Assembly (NCBI GenBank): GCA_002314455.1
Contig: DCFZ01000049.1
Coordinates: 30,362-94,361, forward strand
Origin: Lentisphaeria bacterium UBA1791
Lineage (GTDB): Bacteria; Verrucomicrobiota; Lentisphaeria; Victivallales; Victivallaceae
Direction of reading: 5' to 3'
DNA: 64,000 bases
Shown: positions 19,836 through 28,587 of the stretch, piece by piece
How positions within the stretch are numbered: position 1 is the first letter of the stretch
Layout: the number at the start of each line of letters is the position of its first letter
Notes under the pieces: generated by a model
Databases searched by the model: none
Told to the model about the DNA's origin: nothing
Seen by the model: only the letters and a program-made list of their open reading frames with translations
Program-made: the position numbers and the translations under genes

Positions 19836-20066
19836 ATGGATGAATTGAGCAAAAAGATCACCGATCGTCTGGAAGAACTTCGCGCCTGTTTGCAGGCTGA
19901 CGGCGGAGATCTTGAGATTGTCGCCATCGAGGGCAAGGTCGTGCAGGTGAAACTGCGCGGCGCCTGCGGCGGTTGTCCGCACGCGACGATGACGATCAAA
20001 AATGGTCTTGAGCGCATCCTCCGCGAGGAGATCGACCCCGAGATCACGATCGAGCGGGTGCTGTAA
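19836..20066 (+). CDS. NifU-like (C-terminal NifU domain) Fe-S cluster protein
   Basis: 76 aa with the hallmark DGGDLEIV...V.V.L.GACGGCPHATMT.K.G.E..L. Confidence 0.85.
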   Translation: MDELSKKITDRLEELRACLQADGGDLEIVAIEGKVVQVKLRGACGGCPHATMTIKNGLERILREEIDPEITIERVL

Positions 20067-20078
20067 AAATCAGGAATC

Positions 20079-20105
20079 ATCTTGAAAGCAAATTGCCTTC
20101 AAGAT
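20079..20105 (+). terminator. Weak candidate terminator hairpin after the NifU-like gene
   Basis: An 8-bp stem ATCTTGAA/TTCAAGAT with an 11-nt loop. The following T tract is poor (TTCTG), so confidence is low. Confidence 0.3.
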
Positions 20106-20319
20106 TTCTGAAATGCGCCGAAGCATTTTTGCATCGGCTTGAAAAGCAAGCGGCAGGGCGCGTGAATCAAAATCATTGCGCACTGCCTTGTCTTTTAAGC
20201 AAATGCGACTTGTTCCGCGGTAGGTTTTGCGGATGCATTTGCGTTGCGGGGAGCACGGAAAGCGTACTTCGCGCGAAACGGGAAACGGAAAAACCTTTTT
20301 CATCTTCCCGTATTCTCAC

Positions 20320-20348
20320 TTGCAAAAGCGCATTTCCTGCGCTATATT
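20320..20348 (+). promoter_or_regulatory. Candidate promoter for rpsD (TTGCAA - 17 nt - TATATT)
   Basis: Hexamers at 20320-20325 and 20343-20348. This would give a leader of roughly 80 nt before rpsD. Confidence 0.5.
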
Positions 20349-20437
20349 AAATGAATGCAACTGGCATATCGGGCCCCATTTATGGCTTGACACCCGACGT
20401 GCTGTAACAAAAACATCCAAAAGGAAAGGGATTGGTT

Positions 20438-21043
20438 ATGTCAACCGCAAGTCAGGCGAAGCACAAGTTCTGTCGTCGTATTGGTAAGTGTCTCTGGAAT
20501 GATCCGACTTGTCCGAGTGTGAAGCGGCCCTACGCCGCCGGCCCGCACGGCAAAGGCAAGCGCGTGAAGCTTTCCACCTACGGCACCTTGTTGCTCGAAA
20601 AGCAGAAGCTCCGCAATTACTACGCGATCAGCGAGAAACAGCTCCAGATCGCTTTCGCCAAGGCGAAAGCCGGTGAAGGTCAGACCCACGAAAAACTTTT
20701 CCGCAGCCTCGAGCAGCGTTTGGATTCGCTGGTCTACCGCTGTGGTTTCGCGCCGACGATCTTCGCCGCGAAACAGTATGTCAATCACGGCCACATTCTC
20801 GTCGACGGCAAGCGCATCGACCGCGCCAGCTACGTTGTCCGCGAGGGGCAGGTGATCTCGATCAACGCCGAGAAGTCCCCGGCGATCGCCGAAGCCGCCA
20901 AAAAGGGCAATGCGACGATCCCCGCTTATATGGAAGTCGATCTCGACCACTTGACTGCGACCTTGGTGCGCGCTCCGCAGATCGATGAGGCCAATAGCGG
21001 TCTCTTCAACATTATGAGCGTCATCGAGTACTACGCACGGTAA
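20438..21043 (+). CDS. rpsD: 30S ribosomal protein S4
   Basis: ATG at 20438. S4 motifs: KLSTYG..LLEKQKLR..Y, LE.RLD..VYR.GFA.T...A+Q.V.HGHI.V.G.+.. (S4 RNA-binding domain). It appears monocistronic between its own promoter and terminator. Confidence 0.95.
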   Translation: MSTASQAKHKFCRRIGKCLWNDPTCPSVKRPYAAGPHGKGKRVKLSTYGTLLLEKQKLRNYYAISEKQLQIAFAKAKAGEGQTHEKLFRSLEQRLDSLVYRCGFAPTIFAAKQYVNHGHILVDGKRIDRASYVVREGQVISINAEKSPAIAEAAKKGNATIPAYMEVDLDHLTATLVRAPQIDEANSGLFNIMSVIEYYAR

Positions 21044-21066
21044 TTCTGTTATGGATACCGGAAAAA

Positions 21067-21107
21067 CTCCCGTTCTTTTCAGGGCGGGGGTTTTTTCGTT
21101 TTTTTAG
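21067..21107 (+). terminator. Rho-independent terminator of rpsD
   Basis: Stem CTCCCG/CGGGGG (extendable with A/T pairs), a 12-nt loop, then TTTTTTCGTTTTTTT. Confidence 0.65.
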
Positions 21108-21148
21108 GTAAATTTTTCATTTCAACCCCCAAAAAAGGAGAAACTTCC

Positions 21149-24100
21149 ATGGGAAAAAGTATGCGCACGATTGACGGCAACTTTGCCGCCAGCTACGTGG
21201 CGTACGCGTTCAGCGAAGTCGCGGCGATCTACCCGATCACCCCGTCGTCGCCGATGGGCGAGTACGCGGACACCTGGGCGAGCCAGGGCAAGGTCAACAT
21301 GTTCGGCCAGAAGGTCGAAATTTCCGAAATGCAGTCCGAAGCCGGCGCCGCCGGTGCGGTTCACGGCAGCTTGAGCGCCGGTGCGTTGACGACGACCTAC
21401 ACCGCCAGCCAGGGCCTCTTGCTGATGATCCCCAATATGTACAAGATCGCCGGCGAAATGTTGCCGTGCGTTTTCCACGTCACCGCCCGCGCGCTCGCCG
21501 CCCAGTCGCTCTCGATTTTCGGCGATCACTCCGACGTGATGGCGTGCCGCGCCACCGGTTTCGCGATGACCAGCGCCGCCAGCATTCAGGAAACCCACGA
21601 CATGGCGATCGTCGCCCACTTGGCGACCCTCGAAAGCGAGATCCCCTTTGTCGCGTTCTTCGACGGTTTCCGCACCAGCCATGAATTCCAGAAAATCGAA
21701 TTGCTCGACTATGCGGACATCAAGACGCTGGTCGATATGAAGTACATCGAGCGTTTCCGCGCCCGCGCGCTCCGTCCGGAAGCGCCCTACGCCAAGATGG
21801 CGGCGCAGAACCCCGACGTCTACTTCCAGGGCCGTGAAACGACCAACAATCAGTACGCCGCGTTGCCCGCGATCGTCCAGAAGTATATGGACAAAGTCGC
21901 CGCGCTCACCGGCCGTCCGATGCACTTGTTTGACTACGTCGGCGCCAAGGATGCCGATCGCGTGATCATCGCGATGGGTTCCGGTTGCGAAGTCATCGAA
22001 GAAACGATCAACCACCTCAACCAGCAGGGCATGAAGCTCGGCTTGGTCAAGGTTCGTCTGTATCGTCCCTTCTCGGCGGAAGCGCTCGTCGCGGCGATTC
22101 CCGCCACCGTCAAGAAGATCGCGGTGCTCGACCGCACCAAGGAACCCGGTTGCCTCGGCGAGCCGCTCTACCTCGACGTCAAGGCGGCGCTCGCCGGCAA
22201 AGACGTGACCGTCATCGGCGGCCGCTTCGGTCTTGCCAGCAAAGAGTTCACGCCGTCGATGGTGCTCGCGGTCTACAAGCACCTCGCCGGCGCTTGCTTC
22301 CACAATTTCACCGTCGGTATCACCGACGATGTCAGCCACCTCTCGATCCCCGTGGACGAGACGATTGTCACCGAACCCGCCGGCACCACCAGCTGCTGCT
22401 TCTGGGGCCTCGGCTCCGACGGTACGGTCGGTTCCAACAAGAACTCGGTTGCGATCATCGGCGACAACACCAACAAGTACGTCCAGGCGTATTTCGCTTA
22501 CGACTCGAAAAAGTCGGGCGGCATCACGATCAGCCACTTGCGTTTCGGCGATCAGCCGATCACCAGTGAATATCTCATCACCGCGCCGAACTTCGTCGCC
22601 TGCCACAACCCGGCTTATATCGGTATGTACGATATGATTTCCGGCATCAAACAAGGCGGTACTTTCCTCCTCAACACCAGCGCGACCGCCGATCAGGCGT
22701 TTGCGACGTTGACCCGCGAGATGCAGCAGACGATCGTCGACAAGAAAGTCAAGTTCTACGTCGTCGACGCGCTCAAAGTCGCGTTGTCGGTCGGCAGTCC
22801 CAAGTACATCTCGACGATCATGCAGACCTGCTTCTTCAAGCTCGCCGGCATCATTCCGGAAGCCGAAGCGATCGGTTACATCAAGAAGGGCATCGAGAAG
22901 AAATTCGCCAAAAAAGGTCAGGAAGTCGTCGATCAGAATAAGCTCTGCGTCGACAAGGCGCTCGACGGTCTTGCCGAAGTCAACGTGCCCGCGTCGCTCG
23001 ACGGCGTGGCGTGCTTCGTCCCCGCGGTCAAGTACACCGCCGAAATGGGCGAATTCGCGACGAAACTGATGGAACCCGTGCTCGCGCAGAAAGGCGACAG
23101 CGTCCCCGTTTCCGCGATGAGCTACGACGGTTCGATGCCGACCGGCACCGCCCGCTTCGAGAAGCGCGGCGTCGCGCCGAAAGTTCCGCATTGGGACGCC
23201 TCGAAGTGCATCCAGTGCAACCAGTGCGTGATGAGTTGCCCCCACGCTGCGATCCGCGCGAAGCTGATCGATGCCAAGGATCTCGCCAACGCGCCCGCTT
23301 CCTTTGCGACGGTCGACGCCAAGCCGCCGGTCAAGAAGGAACTCGGTCTCAAGTACCGTTTGCAGATTTTCGTTGACGACTGCCTCGGCTGCGGCGTCTG
23401 CGTCGAGACCTGTATCGCCAAGGAAAAGGCGATCAGCCTCGTCAGCGCCGCTGGCGAGCGCAAAGCCGGCGAGCAGGAAAACGTCAAGTTCTTCATGGAC
23501 TTGCCGGACAACGTGATGGGCGGCACCACCGACGCCAACGTCAAGGGCCTCGGCTTCAAACTGCCGTACTTCGAATTCAACGGCGCCTGCGCCGGTTGCG
23601 GCGAAGCGCCCTACGTCAAGATGGTCAGCCAGCTTTTCGGTAACCGTATGATCGTCGCCAACGCCACCGGTTGCAGCTCGATCTACTCCGGCAGCTTCCC
23701 GTCGTTGCCCTACTGCAAGGACAAGGAAGGCCGCGGTCCCGCGTGGGCGAACAGCCTCTTTGAAGACAACGCCGAGTACGGCTTCGGTATGCGCGTCGCG
23801 GTCGATACGACCCGTAAGCAGCTCAAGGCCAACGTCGAGCGCTTCCTCGAACTCGGCTGCTGCTGCGACGAGATGAAAAACCTCCTCGGCTACGCGCTTG
23901 AGCACTGGAACGACACCGACGATGCCGCGATCGCCAATCAGAAAGCGATCGGCGACAAACTCGCGGTCGCGGTGACCAAGCTCGACGGCGAGAAACTCAC
24001 CATCGCCCGCAAGATGCTCGAACTGAAAGACTACTTCGTCGACAAGTCCGTGTGGATCATCGGCGGCGACGGCTGGGCGTATGATATCGGTTACGGCGGC

Positions 24101-24679
24101 TTGGACCACGTCGTTGCGCAGAACCGCAACGTCAACATCCTCGTGCTCGATACCGAAGTCTACTCCAACACCGGCGGGCAGTCCTCCAAGTCCACCCCGA
24201 TCGGCGCGGTTGCGCTCTTCGCGGCGGCGGGCAAGCGCATGACCAAGAAGAACCTCGGTTTTATGTGCATGAGCTACGGCAATGTCTACGTCGCGTCGAT
24301 CTCGATGGGCGCCAACCGTCAGCAGACCTTGACCGCGATCCGCGAAGCGGAAGCGCACAACGGCCCCTCGATCATCATCGCTTACGCGCCCTGTATGCTC
24401 CACGGCATCAATATGTCCAAGAGCCAGGTCGAGCAGAAGCGTGCGGTCGACGCCGGCTACTGGCCGCTCTATCGCTACAACCCGGCGAACGAAGTTCCCT
24501 TCACTTGGGAAACCAAGGAAGCGAGCGAGAGCTACCAGGAATTCATCCGCAGCGAAAACCGCTACAAGCAGTTGCTCAAGGCGGCGCCCGCGGAAGCCGA
24601 AGCGCTCTTCGCGCAGGCTGAAACCGACGCTCAGCGCCGGATGAACTTCTACAAGAAGATCGGCGAGATCATGAAGTAA
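21149..24679 (+). CDS. nifJ: Pyruvate:ferredoxin (flavodoxin) oxidoreductase, single-polypeptide type
   Basis: 1176 aa, collinear with PFOR/NifJ: DGN.A...VAYAFSEVAAIYPITPSS.M.E, SEAGAAGA.HG, two ferredoxin-type Cys clusters (CIQCNQCVMSCPH and CLGCGVCVETC), and the TPP region GGDGWAYDIGYGGLDH....NVNILVLDTEVYSNTGGQ.SK. Confidence 0.97.
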   Translation: MGKSMRTIDGNFAASYVAYAFSEVAAIYPITPSSPMGEYADTWASQGKVNMFGQKVEISEMQSEAGAAGAVHGSLSAGALTTTYTASQGLLLMIPNMYKIAGEMLPCVFHVTARALAAQSLSIFGDHSDVMACRATGFAMTSAASIQETHDMAIVAHLATLESEIPFVAFFDGFRTSHEFQKIELLDYADIKTLVDMKYIERFRARALRPEAPYAKMAAQNPDVYFQGRETTNNQYAALPAIVQKYMDKVAALTGRPMHLFDYVGAKDADRVIIAMGSGCEVIEETINHLNQQGMKLGLVKVRLYRPFSAEALVAAIPATVKKIAVLDRTKEPGCLGEPLYLDVKAALAGKDVTVIGGRFGLASKEFTPSMVLAVYKHLAGACFHNFTVGITDDVSHLSIPVDETIVTEPAGTTSCCFWGLGSDGTVGSNKNSVAIIGDNTNKYVQAYFAYDSKKSGGITISHLRFGDQPITSEYLITAPNFVACHNPAYIGMYDMISGIKQGGTFLLNTSATADQAFATLTREMQQTIVDKKVKFYVVDALKVALSVGSPKYISTIMQTCFFKLAGIIPEAEAIGYIKKGIEKKFAKKGQEVVDQNKLCVDKALDGLAEVNVPASLDGVACFVPAVKYTAEMGEFATKLMEPVLAQKGDSVPVSAMSYDGSMPTGTARFEKRGVAPKVPHWDASKCIQCNQCVMSCPHAAIRAKLIDAKDLANAPASFATVDAKPPVKKELGLKYRLQIFVDDCLGCGVCVETCIAKEKAISLVSAAGERKAGEQENVKFFMDLPDNVMGGTTDANVKGLGFKLPYFEFNGACAGCGEAPYVKMVSQLFGNRMIVANATGCSSIYSGSFPSLPYCKDKEGRGPAWANSLFEDNAEYGFGMRVAVDTTRKQLKANVERFLELGCCCDEMKNLLGYALEHWNDTDDAAIANQKAIGDKLAVAVTKLDGEKLTIARKMLELKDYFVDKSVWIIGGDGWAYDIGYGGLDHVVAQNRNVNILVLDTEVYSNTGGQSSKSTPIGAVALFAAAGKRMTKKNLGFMCMSYGNVYVASISMGANRQQTLTAIREAEAHNGPSIIIAYAPCMLHGINMSKSQVEQKRAVDAGYWPLYRYNPANEVPFTWETKEASESYQEFIRSENRYKQLLKAAPAEAEALFAQAETDAQRRMNFYKKIGEIMK

Positions 24680-24700
24680 TTTCAAGATCCGATTCTTCCA

Positions 24701-24733
24701 ACGCCCGACTCCAAAAGAGCCGGGCGTTTTTTT
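24701..24733 (+). terminator. Rho-independent terminator of nifJ
   Basis: A 7-bp stem ACGCCCG/CGGGCGT with a 13-nt loop, followed by 7 T. Confidence 0.7.
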
Positions 24734-24756
24734 ATGTTTTTTCAAGGAGCGAGGTC

Positions 24757-24785
24757 TTGCAAGAAGATGGAAAAATGGTTATATT
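24757..24785 (+). promoter_or_regulatory. Candidate promoter (TTGCAA - 17 nt - TATATT) for the 24940 gene
   Basis: Hexamers at 24757-24762 and 24780-24785. This implies a leader of about 150 nt. Confidence 0.45.
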
Positions 24786-24939
24786 ATAATGTTCTTGCAT
24801 TTTTAAGGGGCAGGGGAGCATAGCGTTTGGATTCTGCTCGCTGTAATAGATTTTTTGGATCATCGACGCCAGTTTTGAATGCTGGAAAAACAATGAAAAA
24901 GGCACTTTTATCGAGTGTTAAAATAAGGGAAAATGAAAA

Positions 24940-27723
24940 ATGAAAAAAATCCTGGCTCTCGTTCTCGCAGTTTCGCTCGGCGCTCCATTGCTCGCCATTC
25001 CCCGTCCCAAAGACGCGGAGCGGCGCAAGGTCTACAAGGAAGGGAAAAAGCTGGAAGGCATTTTCGGCGTCCCGACTTCGACCAAGGGCTCGCCCGTCGT
25101 CCTCTTTCTCGGCGGCGGCCGTCCGTGGCAGGGCAACGGCACCGGCGGTGCCCTGATCGATAGCGGCGCCGACGTGCGCGTGCTTTCCGGCGTTTACCTC
25201 GCCGGGTTGAGCGGCAGTTACATCCGCAGTCTGCCCCACCAGACCGAGGAGCCGACGCCGGTTGACGCGATCACGCCGGAGTTCAAGCATCTCGACGAGT
25301 ACCAGGTGCTCTTTGTCGACGCCATTCCCGAGAAAAATCAGAAAAAGATCTTCACCCCCGAGCGGGTTACCGCGGTAAAAAAGTTTGTTTCCGAGGGCGG
25401 TTTGCTGTTGCTGACGATCAACGCGCCCGAAGACGAACTCGGCGACCTGATGCCGGTCAAATACGGCGATATGTGCGATGATTACGAGGGGATTTTCATC
25501 CGCAAGCCGGCGGGGAAAAACTTCGAATTGATCCCCGAGATCTTTCAGATGGTCGATCCTTTCCGCGTTGTGACGCTTGCCGAGGGGGCGAAAAGCATTT
25601 CCGATGTCGTTGACGGCAATGGCAATGTTTTGACGAGCTTCGTCGCGGTGAAGCCTTACGGCAAGGGCAAGGTGATGTACCTCAATACGGAAAAATTGAG
25701 ACAAAACCGCAGTCAGAGTTTTGATTCGTGGGCGTATGCGCGGGCGTTCGTCATCGGACTGGTTGCGGAACTTTCCGGCAAGGAACTCCAGATCAAGCTC
25801 TTTGAAAAGCAACCGACCGTGCCGCCGAAAACGATCGCCGAAAAGTCGATCGAGTTGACGATCCCCGAAATGAAGATCGCCGACGATGCTCCGCAGGCGA
25901 AAGTTGCCGGCAAGGAAGTCCATTTTGCCAACGGCGCAAAACTCGTCGTCAAGGAAAAAACCTACGACGCCTATCTGCCCGGATCGGCGACGCCCTTTGT
26001 CGTTGACGCCGCCGTGCCGCAGGTGATGTTCAGCCAAAAGCAGATGAAGATCGAGGATTCCTCCGCCGAAGCGGTCGGCATGCAGGATACGCTCGACGCG
26101 AGCAAGATCAAGTGGACTCTTACTGAAGTCAAGGGCGGCGATTTCGCGACGATCGTGTGGACGGGTGACGACGGCACCGTCGTCAACGAAGAGATCAAAA
26201 CGAGCCGCCTCGACCTCGACGGCACGACCTATCGCGGCATTGCGCGCCGCGCGCACGTGATGAAGTGCAAACGTATGATCTCCGGTTTCAACTTCACCGC
26301 CAAGATCGACGTCGATGCGGTCAAGATGCGCCGCATGGCGTGCTATCAGCCGCCGCGCGGCTACGCCGAGTACGATATGACGAAAAAGGACGAAATCGAC
26401 AGCCGCTCGTGGGGCTTTTTCAGCGACGGTCAGCCTTTTGGCTGGATCGAGGGCAAAAAGGGCGTTTTCGCCAACTTCACCGACAATATCCTCAATACGG
26501 TAAGTTGCCGCATTTTCAAAGCGAAAGGCGCCAACAAGCTTCCGGAAGTGACCAACAATGCCGGTTTCGGCTACCAAAAGGCGCCGCTTGAAACAAGCTT
26601 TATCTACTATATGGTCGGCGACGTCAAGGCGGCGGACAACAATCACTGGCTGGCGATGTACCAGTTCCAGCGGCACAATCTGCGAAAAGTCGCCGGCATC
26701 CCCGAATTCCCGGCTTACCCCAATGCGACGTGGAGCGACACCTGTTCTGCGGAACAGCGCGATGCGACGATCGAAAAGATCGGCAAGGCGCAGATCCGCT
26801 ACACCTATATGCCGATGTGCCCCTCGTGCATGGAGGATCTCGACAAGCCGGCGCGCATTGAATTGCAGAAAAAGGTCATTGCCGCCGGTTCCAAACCTTA
26901 TGCGTGGAGCCCCTGCGGTCACAGTCACGGCGCGGGCACGGAGTACGACAACAAGAAAAACTGGTTCGCCTACGATGCGCAGGGCAAGGAGTTCACGTAT
27001 TTCGGCGGCAACTTCCCCGTCATCGACCAGGGCGAACCCGACTTCCTCGCGTGGTATTTGCCCAAACTTCAGACGGCGATCGACAATGGTCTTGCCGGCG
27101 TCTGGTTCGATATGGGCGGCTCGGCGACGGGGACGCGCAATTTCGCGAGACCCGACTCGCCGATCGGTCTGATGAACCTCGTCAAATACATTTATCCCGC
27201 CTTCTACAAGAACGGCGCCTTTGTTGCGATCGAGGGGCAGAGTCCGCTCGTCCTCGAAGGCTTCTGGTACCGCGCCAGCGTCTATACGCCGATGGGCGGC
27301 AAGGAATTCGCTTTTGTCGGCGACCTCGTCTACGGCGACGGGATGGATTTCGATTACTTCCGCAGCAGTATGTTCGGTTTCTATACGCCGGTCGCCTTTG
27401 AGAATTACGGTACGAAATTTGAGCGCATCCCCGGCGAGTTGAAGCAGTTGAACGATGCGGTGCATTACGTTCCCACGATCAATCGCGCGCTCGACATCTG
27501 CAAGATGCCCTTTATCCGCGAGACCGATTTCGGCACCACGTGGATGAGTCCGACGGGCGGCGCGCTCTTTTTCTACGATGCAGTGGCAAAGCTCGACGTC
27601 AAGTTGCCGCAGGGATTTTCGCCGGTCGCGATGATCTCTGAAAACGGCGACGCGGTCGAACTGAAGGGGAAAATGCCCGCGAGCGTTGCGCCGCGCACGC
27701 TGATCGTGCTGGAAAAGAAGTAG
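24940..27723 (+). CDS. Large secreted protein of unknown function (927 aa)
   Basis: Signal peptide MKKILALVLAVSLGAPLLA. The frame is uninterrupted for 927 codons with ordinary amino-acid composition, unlike the R/G/D-rich antisense ORF. No family is confidently recognised; the neighbours suggest carbohydrate-active or envelope proteins. Confidence 0.75.
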   Translation: MKKILALVLAVSLGAPLLAIPRPKDAERRKVYKEGKKLEGIFGVPTSTKGSPVVLFLGGGRPWQGNGTGGALIDSGADVRVLSGVYLAGLSGSYIRSLPHQTEEPTPVDAITPEFKHLDEYQVLFVDAIPEKNQKKIFTPERVTAVKKFVSEGGLLLLTINAPEDELGDLMPVKYGDMCDDYEGIFIRKPAGKNFELIPEIFQMVDPFRVVTLAEGAKSISDVVDGNGNVLTSFVAVKPYGKGKVMYLNTEKLRQNRSQSFDSWAYARAFVIGLVAELSGKELQIKLFEKQPTVPPKTIAEKSIELTIPEMKIADDAPQAKVAGKEVHFANGAKLVVKEKTYDAYLPGSATPFVVDAAVPQVMFSQKQMKIEDSSAEAVGMQDTLDASKIKWTLTEVKGGDFATIVWTGDDGTVVNEEIKTSRLDLDGTTYRGIARRAHVMKCKRMISGFNFTAKIDVDAVKMRRMACYQPPRGYAEYDMTKKDEIDSRSWGFFSDGQPFGWIEGKKGVFANFTDNILNTVSCRIFKAKGANKLPEVTNNAGFGYQKAPLETSFIYYMVGDVKAADNNHWLAMYQFQRHNLRKVAGIPEFPAYPNATWSDTCSAEQRDATIEKIGKAQIRYTYMPMCPSCMEDLDKPARIELQKKVIAAGSKPYAWSPCGHSHGAGTEYDNKKNWFAYDAQGKEFTYFGGNFPVIDQGEPDFLAWYLPKLQTAIDNGLAGVWFDMGGSATGTRNFARPDSPIGLMNLVKYIYPAFYKNGAFVAIEGQSPLVLEGFWYRASVYTPMGGKEFAFVGDLVYGDGMDFDYFRSSMFGFYTPVAFENYGTKFERIPGELKQLNDAVHYVPTINRALDICKMPFIRETDFGTTWMSPTGGALFFYDAVAKLDVKLPQGFSPVAMISENGDAVELKGKMPASVAPRTLIVLEKK

Positions 27724-27744
27724 GATCGGGGGGAAAGGATAAAA

Positions 27745-28521
27745 ATGGCGTGTATCCCGCTGGAAAAGCACTTGGCGAATTTTGCGGAATTTTACGCCTT
27801 TTATCCGCGGTTTCTCATCGCGTTCCGCGACCGGTTGCCGCAACTTTCGCTCGGCGAATTGCTCTGGCAAAAGAGTAATTTCTTTGTCATTCTGAAAGAG
27901 GGCAGCTGGGGATTGCAGACGATCCCCCCTTATCTGCAAAAGTTCCTCGACGCCCTCGATGCGCTTGATCGCCGCGACGATGCGGCGATCAACGCGCTCT
28001 TTGAAGAAAATCGGCAAATGTTTCAGGAGGTCGTCGCGGCGAATTATCCCGCTTCCCTTGTCCTGAAAGATTGCTATCGCCGGGGGGACTCCATTTGCTT
28101 TGACCGCAACAGCGTCAATCTGGATCACCCCGACTGGTGCCGGCTTCACCTTGAAAACGGCCGCCAGCCGGAATCGTTTTTGCACGACAAATTTTATTTT
28201 GCCGCCAATTTGCTGCGGGTGATCGACGAGGCAACGGCGTTCGCTCCGTTTCGCGAGATCGCAGTCTTTTCGTGGCTCAACAGCTACGAGGGATTCTTGC
28301 AGTTTTTCCCCGACGAATGGCGGCGCAACGTCGCGGAGATCGCCGATGAGCGCGACTTCCACCGCGATGGCGGTTTTCTCGGGCAACTGGTCAACCGCGA
28401 AGGCGGTTTGAATCGTGCCAACGCGGAATTCCTGTTGCAAAACGGACGCCTGAAATTTGCGACCAAGTGCTGTCACGCACCGATCGAAGCGGTGCGCGAT
28501 CACGCCAGAAAATTCCTCTGA
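27745..28521 (+). CDS. Hypothetical cytoplasmic protein (258 aa)
   Basis: The ATG is preceded by GGGGGGAAAGGA, 21 nt after the stop of the upstream gene. Composition is balanced, with no signal peptide and no recognised motif. Confidence 0.6.
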   Translation: MACIPLEKHLANFAEFYAFYPRFLIAFRDRLPQLSLGELLWQKSNFFVILKEGSWGLQTIPPYLQKFLDALDALDRRDDAAINALFEENRQMFQEVVAANYPASLVLKDCYRRGDSICFDRNSVNLDHPDWCRLHLENGRQPESFLHDKFYFAANLLRVIDEATAFAPFREIAVFSWLNSYEGFLQFFPDEWRRNVAEIADERDFHRDGGFLGQLVNREGGLNRANAEFLLQNGRLKFATKCCHAPIEAVRDHARKFL

Positions 28522-28587
28522 TTTTTTTCTGCTTTTCGGTTGAAAAAGGGCAAAATGCAGAGTAAATTAATTATGATACAAAAGTAA

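Noticed and set aside
20093-20350. Short ORFs in the nifU-rpsD spacer (20093..20350 plus, 20070..20303 minus)
   Set aside because: They lack an SD, have highly basic odd composition and overlap the rpsD promoter region. They are treated as non-coding leader or spacer.
21122-28503. Two very long minus-strand ORFs (21122..24745, 1207 aa; 24784..28503, 1239 aa)
   Set aside because: They are antisense to PFOR and to the 24940/27745 plus-strand genes. The same GC-driven artefact applies. The plus-strand products have conserved motifs or signal peptides, and these do not.
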